A stretch of 64,000 nt of DNA, taken from assembly GCA_030390025.1 (NCBI GenBank), contig CM059431.1, forward strand, positions 155,684,001-155,748,000, written 5' to 3'. The notes beneath the pieces were generated by a model. The model was given only the letters and a program-made list of their open reading frames with translations, ran no database searches and was not told the DNA's origin. This DNA is from Squalus acanthias (lineage: Eukaryota). How positions within the stretch are numbered: position 1 is the stretch's first letter; each line of letters begins with the position of its first letter. This document shows, one piece after another, positions 39,830 to 51,755 of this stretch. Both the position numbers and the translations under genes were made by a program.

Positions 39830-42625
39830 GATAAACCCACGATATCTGAATGCACGAAACATTTGCAAAAAATAGATGAATGAATAGCAAAGATGGACAT
39901 TATTGTGTTTTATTTAATAGCATTTATGGAGACGTGATTGCAGAGTGACCGATGTTTGGAATTAAAATTTCAATGATAATTGACTTTTGGAAAAGTTAGG
40001 CAGACTGGAAACGGAGGGAGTAGTCCTGAGAATAAACTATGGGATAAAGACAACAGAGAGAAAGGACCTTCGCTCGGAAAATTAAGCTGTTGAATCACTT
40101 TAGGTGGAGCTAAGAAATAGCAAGGGGCAGCAAACATTTGTGAGTGTCGTTTATACGCCCCTCACAGTATTTGTAGTGTCGTGCAGAAATAAATCACGAG
40201 ATTAGAGGTACAGATAACAAGGGTAATACAGTAATCATGAGGGACTTTAATGTTCAGACAGACCAGACAAACCAAAAATTCTGCAGAGGACATGTTCATG
40301 GAATATATTCAAGACTGTTTTCTGTATCACGATGCCGAGTTATTTTACATCTAACATTGTGCAAGGAGACGGGGTTGATTAATAATCTTGTCGTAAAGGA
40401 GCGTCTGGGCAGCAGTGCTCATAATATGATCGAACTCGATATTGTTTTTGAGAGTGAGAAGTCCTAAACCAGTGCCTTAGATCTGACCAAAACAAACTAC
40501 GTAGATATGAGAGGTGTGTTGGCTGAGGTAGAATGGGAAACTAGGTTAGATGATTCAACTCGAGATAAGTAATGGGACACATTTGAAGAAATAAATCCAC
40601 AACGAATATACATTTCCAATAGGACTCAAATCCCCACGGGAAAATGGTCCAATCATGACTAACAAGGAATGGTAAAGTTAATATTAGATTAAAGGCAGAG
40701 GCTTGTAATGCTTCCAACAAGAGTACTAAGCCTGAGGATTGGGAGGAGTTTAAAATAAAACAAAGGAGGACCAAGAAATTGTTAGAGATAAAATGGAAAA
40801 GTAGATTAAACTAGCAAAAGACATATAACAAATTGTAAAAGGTTCTATATGTATGCAAAAAGGAAGACAGGAGCAAAAGTAAACTTGGGTCCCTTACTGG
40901 CAGAGACAAAATAAATTATAATGAGGAATAAAGAAATGGCAGATGCATTACATACATATCTAACTTCACAGAAGAAGACAAAAAAGCATTCTGAAAATAG
41001 TGGGGCATCAAGAGTCTATCGAGGATGAGATATTTCAAGAAATAATTATGAGTAAAGAAGTACTTCTAGACAAATTAATGGGACTAAAAGCCAACGAATC
41101 CCATGAACCTGATGGCCTAGATCATTTGGTTTTAAATGAGATTGCTGCAGAGACAGTGGATGTTTTGGATTTTGATCTTACAGGATTCCCTAGATTTTAG
41201 AACGGCCCCTCTGGATTAGAAGGCAGCAAATGTAACATCGCCAATCAGGAAATGAGAGAGAGAGCTAGCCTGACATCGGTAGTACTGAAAATGAAAGAAT
41301 CTGCTATGAGGGAAATGGTAACAGGGCACTTAAATGCATAATATGATTAGGCAGAGTCAACACATAATTATGAAAGAGAAATCGTGCCTGACAAACATGT
41401 TACAGTTTTTTATGTTTGTAAATACCAGGGTAGATAAGGGGGCAACAAGTAGATGTAGAGTGCTTGGATGTTTAAGAAAAACATTTGATAAGGTGCCACG
41501 CAGGAGGTTATTACAGAAAATTAGTGTTCACGGGGATTAGGGGTACTATATTAGCAATAATTGAGGATTAGTTAAAGGACAGAAAGCAGCATATAGTTGT
41601 TTTCGGATTGGCAGGCTGTACCCAGAGGGGTAGGTTAGGTCTCAGCTATCTACAATCTATATCAATGTCTTAGAAGAGAGGACCTGGAGTAGTTTATCCA
41701 AGTTTGCTGATGATACAAAGCTAGTTGGGAAAGTAAGTTGTGAGGAGGATGCAAAGAGGCTGCAAAGGAATATAGACAGGTTACGTGAGTGGAAAACAAC
41801 ATGGCAGTTGGAATATAATGTGGAGAAATGTGAAGTTATCCACTTTAGTAGGAAACTTAGAAAATCAGCATGTTTTAATTATTGAGAGTTTGGGAAATGT
41901 CGCTATTCAGACGGACCTGGGTGTCCTTGTACAGTAATCACTGAACGTTAAAATGCAGTTACAAGAAACAATTAGGAAAGCAAATGGTATGCTAGCCTTT
42001 ATTGAAAAAGAATTGGTGTACAGGAGTACAGAAGTTTTACTCCTATTATATAAGGCATTGGTGAGACCACACCTGGTACACTGTGTAATGTTGTTGTCTC
42101 CTTACCTAAGGAAGGATAAACTTGCGTTAGAGGGAGTGCATTGAAGGTTCACCAGACTGATTCCTGGGATTGGCGATTGTCCTATCAGGAGACTGAGGAG
42201 ACTAGACTTACATTCCCTAGAATTTCGAAGAACGAGAGGTGATCTCATTCATAAATATAAAACTCGTATATGGCTTGATCGGGTATATGCTGAGAGGATG
42301 TTTCACCTGCTTGAGCGTCCAGAACCAGAGTTCACAGTCTCAGTAAATTTGGAATGCCATTTTGGACTGAGATGAGGAGTATTTCTTCACGCAAAGTTTT
42401 GTGAATCTTAGGAAATTTCTGCGCGAGATGGCTGTGAATGTTCAGTCATTGAGGGTATTCAAGACTTTGATGGATAGTTTTTTTGATATTACGGCTATCA
42501 GTGGATAGGGGGTAGTGCCGAAGGCTGGCGTTGAGGTAGAATATCAGCCATGATTTTATTGAATGGAGGAGAAGGCTCGAAGGGCCTACTGCTGTTCCTA
42601 CTTCTAATGTTGTTATGTTCTTATT
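39830..42625 (+). mobile_element. Degraded CR1 LINE (endonuclease to 3' tail)
   Basis: MRDFN, SAHNMI, IRQSQH, FADD-coding TTTGCTGATGAT at ~41703, LYKALVRPHL; tail AAGGGCCTACTGCTGTTCCT. Confidence 0.88.
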
Positions 42626-42819
42626 TTGTAAGAGTACATTTTCTATTTGGCCTGCAGAGTGTGAGGACATCTTGGACTACGCAGAGAGTCAGTTTTAGTT
42701 GCGCTATTGGCCCATTAGAGTGTCAGATTATCCGAGGCTGCTCGTCATGTAGAAGCTCAGAATGCCCTGGGCTATTGGGCCCGTCGTGGATCCGAGCATC
42801 CTGGGCTACCACGGAATAA

Positions 42820-43490
42820 CGAAGACCGCCTATTTTCACCTCCGTAACATCTGCTGAAATCCTCATCTATACTTTTGTTACCTCTAGACTTGACTATTGC
42901 AAAGCACTCCTGACTGGCCTCCCACGTTCTACCCTATGTAAACTTGAAGTTATCCAAAACTCGGCTGCCCGTGTCCTAACTCGCTTCAAGTCCCGTTCCC
43001 CCATCAAACCTGTGCTCGGTGACCTTCATTGGCTCCCGTTAAAACAATGACTCGATTTCAAACTTTTCGTCCTTGTTTTCAAATTCACCCCTGGCCTCGC
43101 CAACCCCCACCCCTCGATCTCTCTAATCTCATCCAGCCCCATAACCCCCCGAGATATCTGCGTTCCTCTAATTCTGTATTCTTGAGCATCCCTGATTATA
43201 ATCGCTCAACCATTGGTGGCCGTGCCTTCTGCTGCCTAAGCCTAAAGCTCTGGAATTCCCTCCCTAAACCTTTCCGCTTCTCAACCTCTCTTTCCTCCTT
43301 TAAGACGCTCCTTAAAAACTAATTCTTGGACCAAGTTTTTGATCAATTACCCTAATTTCTCCTTCTGTGGCTCGGTGTCAAATTTGTTCCTCTTATAATA
43401 CACCTATGAATCGCCTTGTGACGTTTTACTACGTTAAACGAGCTATACACATATAAGTTGTTGTAGTATATATAAATATACGTTGTTATG
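42820..43490 (+). mobile_element. L2-type LINE 3' portion
   Basis: SRLDYC-, IQNSAAR- and LHWLP-coding sequence; ORF 43029..43322 (TIGGRAF..KLWNSLP); AAGTTGTTG tail. Confidence 0.8.
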
Positions 43491-44580
43491 ACTTGGATCT
43501 GTTGAGGATTTGAGCATTCTGTGCTACACAGAGGATCAGATTACGTTGGTCTATTTATAAGCAGATGGTCAGAGTACCTTTATCTTCTGAGCCATTAGAG
43601 GGCCAGGTTTTCTGGGCGATATGGCAAGTACAGGGTCAGCGTACCCTGGGCAATTTGGCCTATATAGATCCATCTACTCTTGTACACTGTGCCTGCAGTG
43701 GGTCAATGTAAACTGGGCTCTACACAGCGTGTCAGAGTACTCTGGTCTATTGGACCTGCAGAGGGACAAAGAACCTTCAGTAATTGAGCCGGCAGAGGGA
43801 CAGAGTAGCTGAGCTATTGCGCGTGTAAAGTATCAGATTACCCTGGGCTATAAAAAGAATCAGAGTACCCTCGGCTATTGCAAAAAGTCAGAATAACAAG
43901 GGCAATTCAGAAGTTTAGAGTACCCTGGAATCGTGGATCTGGAGAGGGTCAAAGTACCCTGGGCTGGATATAGGTTAAGAGTACACAGTTTTAGAAACAT
44001 AGGAAAACGTAGAGAAATAGGAGCAGGGGTAGGCCATTCGGCCCTTCGAGCCTCCTCCGACATTCAATATGATCATTGGGCCTGCGGAGGTGCCAGGTTA
44101 CCTGATCAGTAAAGAATGTCAGAAAGTCCTCGGCTATTGGGCCTCTATCTGATCAACCTACACTGGTCTTTTGAGCCTGAAGAGTGTCAGTGAACCCTGA
44201 ACTGTACACTTGGTTAGAGTTCCCTGCGTTATACATAGGTTCAGAATATCCAAGCATTGGGCCTATAGAGGGTTAGAATATCCTCAGATGTTGAACCCGC
44301 TGAGGATCAGTGTAACTGTGCTGTTAGGCGTGTAAAGTTACGGAGTAACCAGGGTTATAAGGATGGTCAGATTGCCCTGAGCTAATTGACCTGTAGAGTG
44401 TCACAGTACCATCGGCTATTATAAGTACAGTTGGGCAGAGTACTCTGGGCTATTCAGAGAGTCAGGCTATTGGGCTTACAGAGGGTTGTGGACCAGTAGA
44501 GTGTCAGAGTATCCTGTCTATTGAACCTGTAGAGCGACTGTATATCCCGGGGTATTTTGTTTGTAGAGTGTAAGACGAGC
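43490..44580 (-). repeat. Degenerate minisatellite, inverted mirror of the 8.1-18.7 kb array (also 42630-42815, 37255-37320)
   Basis: Repeated GTCAGAGTACCCTGGGCTATTGGG, the reverse complement of the left-arm unit. Confidence 0.85.
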
Positions 44581-45014
44581 TTGTCATATGCAGCGTTAGC
44601 TGGGAGCCATTTGGGAGGTGAGGCACAGTTTTCAACGGGTCTATCAATGAGCCAGGCCTCCCACTTCCGATCATTATCACCTGGCCTTTGTTAGAAAGTA
44701 CCGCTGAGTTACTGTCATCCCTGATTCTATCGTCTGAAATGTGTTCTCCCTCGGGATAACAGCATGACAAACACACTATTTAGGCTCACACTAAAATCAC
44801 TCGGCTGAGGGATTTCACGAATTTCTGCTTAAGTTGGATCAGATCCATTTCGTGATAGACTGACCTTTGGACTGGCGTGGAGAAAAATACATAAAGGAGC
44901 ATAGATGTACATATAGTCCCGCTGACGTTGAGTTTTCATCTTTCCAGAGTCTTCAGCAGAATACCTCGGCTGACACTCTCGCGCCTGTTTGTAGGTGCAA
45001 TAATCAGGACATTG

Positions 45015-45145
45015 GATAAATCTCCTGATCTTCTAAATAGTGCAATCGGAATTTTTACATCCACCTGAGATGGCAGACGTGGTTCCTTTTCAATCTCTTG
45101 TTAAAAGATGGGAGCTCCGACATTGCAGCCGTCCCTCAGTGCAAA
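45015..45145 (-). mobile_element. Deu-domain SINE remnant (mirror of 7630-7795)
   Basis: Reverse complement contains GTCTGCC..CAGGTGGATGTAAAA..GCACTATTTAGAAGA. Confidence 0.55.
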
Positions 45146-46394
45146 TAACTCCTACTTGCCCCAATATTACCGAGTAGAAGTCACCGCTGAGTCATGTATA
45201 CCATTGAACTCATAGAAGTGCAGCCGAAGTCAAATGGTCATTTTGAGACAAATCTAAATACCGTTTACCTGTGACTCCTGTCTCTCTTTGAGCCCTGTAA
45301 GATAAAGCCAAAATCAGCTTCGTTGCACGTTTTTGTGCCCTGAGCTGTTCGGCACTGAGTAAAGAGTGAGCCCGTTCTGAATAGTGTGATCCAGAATCCA
45401 TCTCTATCTTGTGTATTAAATTGGCGCTCGCACGTAATTCAGTCTCCATTGAAAACGTCTTTCATTGTAATACTATTTTAAATGATTCTTGAATTAGATT
45501 TCTTTGTAATATATTAAAAATCTTATGTATTTCTTTGTAATATATTAAAAACCTTATGTCTCTACGCAACTACATTCTACGTTCTGGTGCCCATACTTCT
45601 CATTGAGATTGTGGATATCGTTCTTACGCTTTAATTAGACCCTCCGACCAGTTTCGGTGCTGCAGCGTCAACATATATCATTGTCCTGCTCCTTGATGCG
45701 AAATCGCTTGGCATCAGTGCCCTCATCGTAACTGTAAGCGAAATTGTCAATAGTTTAGTTGTTATCTATCACAAATTATTAACGAAAAAAGATTAATGTA
45801 AAAAAAAAGGCAGGATACATGCCTTTAAATTTGGGACGGAATTCGATTTACTCATACGAATTCCTCTTCACTCTTGGACTTCGACTTCGTGGCATCATTC
45901 CCACCTCTGAGTGACAAGGTGCAAGGTTCGAACAACGATCGCACCGAGTTGAAACATGAGCTCCGGCTCTCAATTCTGTGATAACATCCTGCGGGCCACT
46001 CACGTCTGCTGGGCGTCGATTGCCCCTGCCCTCCTCATCTTATCGCTCATAAGAGCCATTAAAACCTTCCAGATCTATAGAAGCTGAACAGCCTATTGGC
46101 TGGTACAGAGATGGTTACGGCTGTGAAGGTAGTATTCCATCGAACTCCGTCATAAAGTTAATCAACCTGTGAATCTTTCCAGTACTTCACACGAACCTCG
46201 AGACTTCACCAGGGTTTGACTTGACATCAGAATCTCTATGATTCCAAATCCTTAATGTGAATCCACTTTTTCAGTTATAATTTCCTCTGCCGACATATGT
46301 AAGGGAAACGTCCAATGTTCCAAGGAACCTCGTCAGAAACTTAATTAACTTGCGAATCCTTCTACAACTGCCTAACATCTGTTGCCGGGAAATT

Positions 46395-46712
46395 CACAAA
46401 ATCACAGAATCCCCACAGTGCAGATAGAGGCCATTTCGGCCCATCGAGCCTGCACCGACACATATCCCACACTATCCCCGTAACCCCACGTATTTAATCC
46501 CCCTAACACTGAGGGTCAATTTATCTTAGCCAAATCAACCTAACCCGCACATCTTTGGATTGTGGGAGGAAACCGGAGCACCCGGAGGAAACGCACGCAG
46601 ACACGGGGAGAATGTGCAAAATCCACACAGACAGTCACCCGTGGCCGGATTCGAACACGAGTCCCTGGCGCTGTGAGGCAACAGTGCTAACCACTATGCC
46701 ACCGTGTTGCCC
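46395..46712 (-). mobile_element. tRNA-derived SINE (V-SINE/HE1-like) with CR1 tail, inserted in a + strand CR1 fragment (~46290-47225)
   Basis: Head GGGCAACACGGTGGCATAGTGG (A box) and GTTCGAATCC (B box) on - strand; central TGTCTGTGTGGA..TTCTCCCCGTGTCTGCGTG core. Confidence 0.88.
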
Positions 46713-47699
46713 AGAATTGCTGGAGTCTATAATTAAGGATAGGGCAACTGGACAACTCGACATTTTTCAGTTGATAATTGAGAGCCAGCGTGGATTTGTA
46801 AAAGTTAGCTCATGTCAGACAGGCCGGATTGATTGTTTTTGAGGCGGTGACAGGAGTAATGGACGGCGGAATGTCTATGGTTGTTATTTGTATAGACTTC
46901 GACACGGCATTTGATAAATCCCAGATGAAAGATATGTTAACTAAGGTAGAAGGCCACGGAATTGAGGGCAAATTATAGACCCAGTAAGGAAATCGGCTGA
47001 ACGGCAGCAGACAGTCAGTGGGGATAATGGGTAGGTATTCAAATTGGCAGTATGTGAAAATGGTGTCCCGCAAGGATCTGTGTTGGGGCCTCAACTATTC
47101 ACAGTATTTATTACCGACCGATGATGGCATAGAAAGTCATATATCCAAATTTGCCGATGACATGGATAGGCGGCATTCCAGGAAGAATACATGAACGCAT
47201 ACAATTACCAAGGTATATGGTCAAATTAAGTGCTGTCCAATTTAGCCGCACAGTCCTGGTTTTTCTTCATAACCCTGCAAATTACCTTTCTTCAGATACA
47301 TGTCCAATTGGCTTTTGAAATACCGTTGGAATCTAATTCCAATTGCCTTTCAGGTAGCGCTTTTCAGATGAGAAAAACCATCAATGTGAAATAATTTTTC
47401 CTCATTTCCCCTCTTGTTCATTTGCCAATTATTAGAAAAAGACGACTTCTGGTTATCGACTTATTGGCAGAGGAACTATTTGCTTCTTAATTGCTCTATC
47501 GAAAAGTGTCAACATTTTGGATACTTCTACTAGCGGAGGGATTACTTGCACGAGCAGCAACTTGTGAGTACCTTCGCCACACGGACTGCAGCGGTTCATG
47601 AAGGCGGCTCACCATCACATTCTCAAGGGAAATTAGGGATGGGGAATAAATGCCGGCCTTGTCAGCGACTCACACATCACACAAATTAATTAAAAAAAA

Positions 47700-48945
47700 T
47701 ATACGTTGCCTACTGCACATACAGACGGTATTCTGCAGCCGTGCATGCGCACCCGATACCGCCTTCTGCACCTGCACGCTGTTACCGAGGTCAAGCATGC
47801 GCAGTACCCTACAGTTGCTGTCTGCAGCGTGTGCCACCCTTCCTTCAGCTCCGTGGGAAATGGCCCAGCACTGTATCCGTGCTGGCCCGGTGACAAAAGA
47901 GGATCTAAAGGGGAGAGAGTGAGAATCGGAGAGAGAGAGAGAGTGAGTTGACCGGCGGGGGAAGACAGGGAGAGAGAGGAGCGAGAGAAGAGGGAGAGAG
48001 AGTGGAGGGCGGAGGAGATCAAGAGCTCGAGGGATCTAAAGAACATGGAGAGCGCAGTGGACATGGGGCAAGAACGTGATCCATGTCTAAAGGAGGGGGA
48101 AGAGAGCGGGAACATGATCCAGATGGTAACACGGATCACGTTCTTCCAAACCACCCTCTAAACCTGTACCACGTTCTCCGTCTCCTCTTCTCCCCCTTGA
48201 CCTGGTTGATTTCTCGGAAAGCTGGGTGCGTGTGTGGCGAGTGATATCATTGGACTGGACGAAATCCGGAAGTCATGACACTGTCACTATATACTTAATA
48301 TCCAATAAACCTGTTCAATATCCGTGACCAACACACAAACCCTATCTAATGAGGTGGGGGGGTGGAGTTCAGTAACTTACTGCCCGGAGAACGTTATGAA
48401 CCCGCGGGGGGATGGGGAGAGGGAGCAGAACTTTGGCAAGTGTAGAAGGTCAGGAACCAAGGGGGTGGAACTTGGTAGAGGAGAAGTTCTGGAAATTGGC
48501 GGGAGCTGAGTAACTTGGGGCGGGGTGGGTCTGGAACTCGGGTGTGTTGATGAGGTCAGAAACTAGAAAGTGGTCAGAAACTTGGGCAGGGGAGAACGTC
48601 AGTAACTTGGAGGAGAGTTCAGGAACCTGGACTGGAGAAGGTCAGGGTTCGAGTGATGGAGGAGGTCAGAAACTTAGAGGGGCAGGTCAGGAAGTCGGGG
48701 CGGGTGGAGGTTTTATCCCGCCCGGGTGAGCCCTATCTGTTCTATGTGAGCACTGTTCTGTTTGAAACAAGGCAATCAGAATGGCACGAATTACACTTTG
48801 CAACCTAATTGATTACTGAGGCAGTCAGGATCTAATTACAATTTCAAGAGAAACTGCTAGGTCTGTCTAGTCCTCCAAAAGGGACAAAACTGAAATCAGG
48901 TGTTGCAAACAAGGTGACTGATCAGTGATCTGGTGTCCATTTATC
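47700..48945. other. Unclassified GC/purine-rich insertion specific to the right arm
   Basis: GA-rich tract, 17-bp inverted repeat, TATA-like and AATAAA motifs, degenerate GGTCAGAAACTT repeats; lies between two pieces of one CR1. Confidence 0.4.
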
Positions 48946-49074
48946 TTCTGTGCTATAATGAGTGCAATCGCAGAATGTCCAATCTCTCCACATTACTGAA
49001 AATCCTCATCCCTGGAACTGTCTTGCTACTCCTCCTCCCCATACTCGCCAAAGTTTGACATTCTTCCTATAAAG

Positions 49075-49357
49075 TGAAAGGATTAATTTGAACTCACTTT
49101 AAATTAAAATATAACGAATTAACTGTAAGCTGTTTAAGTTTGAAATGGACATACTTGTAATCATGTGATATTTTGTAATTATGTGATTGGACAACTCTTC
49201 AATAAAGGTTGTCATTGACAACGAGAGGTCGAGAAGTGAAGCCATCAGACCAAGCAAGGTTCTGTGTCACTTCTCCCAGGGATCTCTGAATATTAAATAA
49301 ACTGTTTTTTGCTTTTTACCTATAAACAGACTGGAGTGTAATAATTTCTCCCTAACA
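49075..49357 (+). repeat. 5' LTR (283 bp)
   Basis: TGAAAG...CCCTAACA; 9 substitutions + 1 indel versus the 3' LTR by eye; AATAAA motifs. Confidence 0.95.
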
Positions 49358-49359
49358 AT

Positions 49360-49377
49360 TGGCGTAGTCGGCAGGGA
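49360..49377 (+). promoter_or_regulatory. Primer-binding site complementary to tRNA-Ser 3' end
   Basis: TGGCGTAGTCGGCAGG, 2 nt after the LTR, is the reverse complement of CCTGCCGACTACGCCA; candidate splice donor GTGAGT at 49417. Confidence 0.85.
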
Positions 49378-49974
49378 TACTTCGGAGCTGAAAGACCGCC
49401 TGTACCAGTGAACAGGGTGAGTAGTCAAATCTTTGACAACCCAGAAATTGTGTCACTTGGAAGGGCGGTGTGAAGGCAACCGCAGTATCTAACGAATTTG
49501 GTGTCTGTGACGGGTAAGAAACAGTTTATTAAAACCTAGGTAGCGCATAACGTGTTTGTATATTGAAATAATAAGGTTAACCAAACGTATTAATAGTAGT
49601 TAAGATATTTGAAGCCTGATGTGTTATTTCGGACAATAAATGTCTCGTGGACCCATACTGATCCGAAATTAAGAGGGCGATTGGGCCCCGCGTGACGGCC
49701 AGACTTAGTTGGTAATCCGAGACAGAAAAAGTATCTGTCAGACCTCTCTGCTGTGTTGCGTTGCGGGACCTGTTGGATTGTATGACGTGTAGTGATAATG
49801 TATTAATGGCTACATGTGAAAGGGCCAAGTGGCTGCCCAAAACTCACCTCTGTGAGCAAGATTGTTCCAAGTCGGGGGCGCCACCATACTTATGGTGGAT
49901 GATAGGCAGACCTCTGAAAACGAGTTACTAGTCGTGGCCGGATAGCGGTAAGCTAGTAACGATATTAATACATT

Positions 49975-50376
49975 ATGGAGAAAGGCGCCAGAAATGATGA
50001 GGACAAGAGGATTCAGGGGAGCTGTTATACTTGTGTAAAGGTAGGACATATGGCGAAGGATTGCAGGAGTGGAAAAAAAGGGGGATGTGACTATTGTGGT
50101 AAGCTAGGACACCAGAGTCACAACTTCTGGCAGAAGAAAGGAGACGTGGACCAGACACAGGGCGCTTATCTCAGTCTGGAGAATAAAAGGGACTTTATGG
50201 AGTACCTCAAGTCAAAGGGGAAGAGTCAATTACGGGAGTTGGCCCCAGTAAAAGGAGGCTCGGATAACCGAGTCTACGTTGCAGCATTATTAGGGGGCCA
50301 ATCGTGTGAAATGCTAGTTGATACAGGAGCATCAGTATCTTTAACTGATTTGCCCCGTCCGACAAACCGAAGATAA
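49975..50376 (+). pseudogene. gag-pro: Retroviral nucleocapsid (two zinc knuckles) fused to aspartic protease N-half
   Basis: CYTCVKVGHMAKDC; CDYCGKLGHQSHNF (last Cys lost); MLVDTGAS. Confidence 0.85.
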
Positions 50377-51062
50377 AGAAGGAAAAGATCTAAATTGCAG
50401 GCTAACCAATCTGAAACTAAGCTTAGACAAAGAAAAAAGGACTTGGAAAGCCAGGAAAGCTGCTGAGATACCATGTAAAAAGAAAAAGAGGGAAATTTAA
50501 AGTTTTACCGACATGGAAGTTATTAATGTCTGTGCCTAGACAAATACAACACAAGATTTGTTGAGTGAAAGGAATCTTAAAAGGAATGCTGGGATGTAAG
50601 TTTGTGTGCAAGTGTGTGTTATAGTGTCAGAGTCTTCCTGACTGTGAAAGTTTAAGGAGTTGCAGTATTTCTTTTGTCTGAATGTCTGTCTTTAAAAATG
50701 TGTCTGTCATTTTTGTTTTGGCTCCACACACTCTTTTGTACAGAGAGCTAAATACTGTATAACCCTTTGAAAACTTGTTTTGTTGTTTTGAGTTTGTTAA
50801 TTGTTTTACAAAAAATAAGCTTCAGCCTTGAAGTCACAGTTGCCAATGTGCCTGGAAAAAAATGAATTTGAATGTCTACAAGGAATGGGTAATTGTTTCT
50901 TTGTTAATGTGGCTATGGTTTATTTCTTTATCTTTGATATGGTTAGTTTAAAAGAAAATTTTGATCTAAATTGAATTGGAGTTATTTAGGTTAATTAACT
51001 TATTAAAACCAGACTTTTATTGTGCACGGTGAAATTCGGGTTGGTGTAAATTTGTGTAGACC

Positions 51063-51260
51063 ACATTTAATAATATATTTAATGGTCTGAAACCAGACTT
51101 TAAAATATTTACAGTCTTGGATACAGAACGGGTTCTGGTCCATACCATTGGCAGATGAATCACAAGGGAAATTTGCTTTTACTGTCAGTAATAGACAGGA
51201 GTTTTATATCAGACTTTGCAGGGAAAGCAGAGCCGATTCAACAGTTAGTTAAAGAGGGGT
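51063..51260 (+). pseudogene. pol: Reverse transcriptase remnants
   Basis: Manual translation: FKIFTVLD/(frameshift)/NGFWSIPLADESQGKFAFT joined directly to thumb-like SFISDFAGKAEPIQQLVK. Confidence 0.75.
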
Positions 51261-51344
51261 CCAGTAGCGAAGGCAATGCGACGATGTGTGGCTGCAACAA
51301 ATTCTGCCCCAAGAATTAGAAAAAAACTTTGAACTACAATTTAA

Positions 51345-51755
51345 GGGCAACACGGTGGCATAGTGGTTAGCACTGGTGCCTCACAGCGCCAGAGACCCGG
51401 GTTCGAATCTAACCTCGGGTGACTGTCTGTGTGGAGTTTACACATTCTCCCCGTGTCTGCGTGGGTTTTCGCCGGGTGCTCCGGTTTCCTCCCACAGTCC
51501 AAAAATGTGCGGGTTAGGTTGATTTGGCTATGATAAATTGTGTTAGTGTTAGGGGGCGATTAAATATGTGGGGTTATTGGGATATGTTAGGGGGAATTAA
51601 ATACGTGGGGTTACGGGGGTAGGGTGGGATATGTGTACTGTGGGGATTAAAGCAGGGACAGGGTACTGGACTTGGATGATCAGCCATGATCGTATTGAAT
51701 GGTGGAGCAGGCTCGACGGGCCGAATGGCCTACTCCTGCTCCTAGATTCTATGTT
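51345..51755 (+). mobile_element. tRNA-derived SINE (V-SINE/HE1-like) inside the ERV
   Basis: A box TGGCATAGTGG, B box GGTTCGAATC, same core as 46395-46712, CR1-type tail. Confidence 0.88.

Noticed and set aside
45498..45560. 31-bp tandem duplication
   Set aside because: Ordinary local slippage duplication with no further structure
49069..49074. ERV target-site duplication
   Set aside because: Flanks ATAAAG and ATAATT match only 4/6, so TSD length cannot be called
51345..51420. tRNA gene
   Set aside because: tRNA-like head continues into a SINE core and LINE tail; same for ~46640-46712
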